The notes under the pieces were generated by a model, which saw only the letters and a program-made list of their open reading frames with translations, made no database searches and was not told the DNA's origin. Shown here piece by piece: positions 63,084 to 64,000 of a stretch of 64,000 nucleotides of DNA. The stretch is from Octopus sinensis (taxonomy: Eukaryota), in NCBI RefSeq assembly GCF_006345805.1, contig NC_043000.1:138446001-138510000 (forward strand), in the 5' to 3' direction. Made by a program: the position numbers and the translations under genes. Numbering within the stretch: the stretch's first letter is position 1; each line of letters starts with the position of its first letter.

Positions 63084-63920
63084 CACTGAACCGCAAAAGA
63101 AATGCGATTTTTTCAAATGTAATTTTTATATGGTAAATTCAGAAAATTTATCTTGGAGATGTAAGTGTAAATGTTCCAAGACATGCTGGTTTTTAGCTGA
63201 GAAGTAAATTGCAGATAACTTTTCAATTTTCCCTGAAATGAGACACCAAAATGCAGCTGTGTTGAATGCTCTTGGTAGCAGTCGCAAATAACTGTCAGGA
63301 AAACTGAATTGCACGTGCATCTCATCGAGGTTATGGTTATAAAAATCAACCTGAACCACGTTCCTGGAATTCGCAATTTGGATGCATCAGGTATGACCCG
63401 ATTGTCAGCAGGGCAGAGCGAACAAGCTATCAGCCGACTGCAAGCAGGGCAGCGAGCCCTGCTTGTTGTGAAAGCTTACAATGTCTATGTCAACACCATC
63501 TAATGCCTGCAACAGCAATACAACAACACCAACAACATTGAAGACTGTGCCCGCAGAGGGCGCCCCCGGATGACTACACCCCAGCCGGACCACTTCATCT
63601 ACCTGCAATACTTCAGACCAGCCAGAATGATAGCTTATGAAACAATTGGCACTGGACAGCGACCTATTAGCGATGACATTGTATGACATCGACTGACCGC
63701 CAACAACCTGCATTGCTTGAGGGTCAGTCCTTACTGCCCACCACTGACAGGTATGGCTACAGTGGAATACTCAGCACCGACATTGGTGTCATCAACAATG
63801 GAGGTCAACAGTCTTCTCTGACGAGAGCCGGTACTGTGTTTCCAACTCTGATGGCAGAGTGAGGGTGTGGCGCATGACGGTGAACCCTACAGAGACACAT
63901 GTGTCGTGGAGAGAGATGCA
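63084..63920 (+). pseudogene. Tc1-like transposon, 3'-truncated transposase pseudogene
   Basis: TA|CACTG start; MTRLSAGQSEQAISRLQAG, RGRPRMTT, WRSTVFSDESRYC..DGRVRVWR (first D of the DDE triad); several stops. Confidence 0.9.
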
Positions 63921-64000
63921 TGACTACTACTGACTACTACTTTTTCAAGCACCTTGATGGTTTCCTACCATCAGGTAGGATCTTCAAGGAGTTCAAAAAT

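Overview
AT-rich, microsatellite-saturated metazoan genomic DNA; the SINE/repeat complement suggests an octopus or related cephalopod (inference, not verified). No host gene, rRNA, bona fide tRNA or CRISPR array is recognisable, and almost all supplied ORFs are microsatellite or repeat artefacts. The window is a dense layered record of transposable elements. The main element is a complete 6.13-kb Helitron (32903-39032, minus) with both termini, an A|T target and a RepHel gene (nine 23-aa STPR-like repeats, zinc finger, HUH Rep, Pif1 helicase) broken by 6 frameshifts and 1 stop. Up to five non-autonomous Helitrons or fragments with matching termini accompany it. Also present: an RTE LINE whose RT half is inverted, with the break inside a C2H2 finger; an internally deleted Gypsy element with LTRs and TSD; Penelope-like remnants carrying two families of minimal hammerhead-like motifs; R4/Dong remnants; mariner/Tc1 remnants (one internally inverted); piggyBac-like MITEs; several long fold-back palindromes; and at least four SINE-type families with nesting and head/tail shuffling. 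A weak candidate for an unannotated multi-exon minus-strand transcript lies at 19.8-29.7 kb. Everything was read by eye; no database search or folding computation was run.
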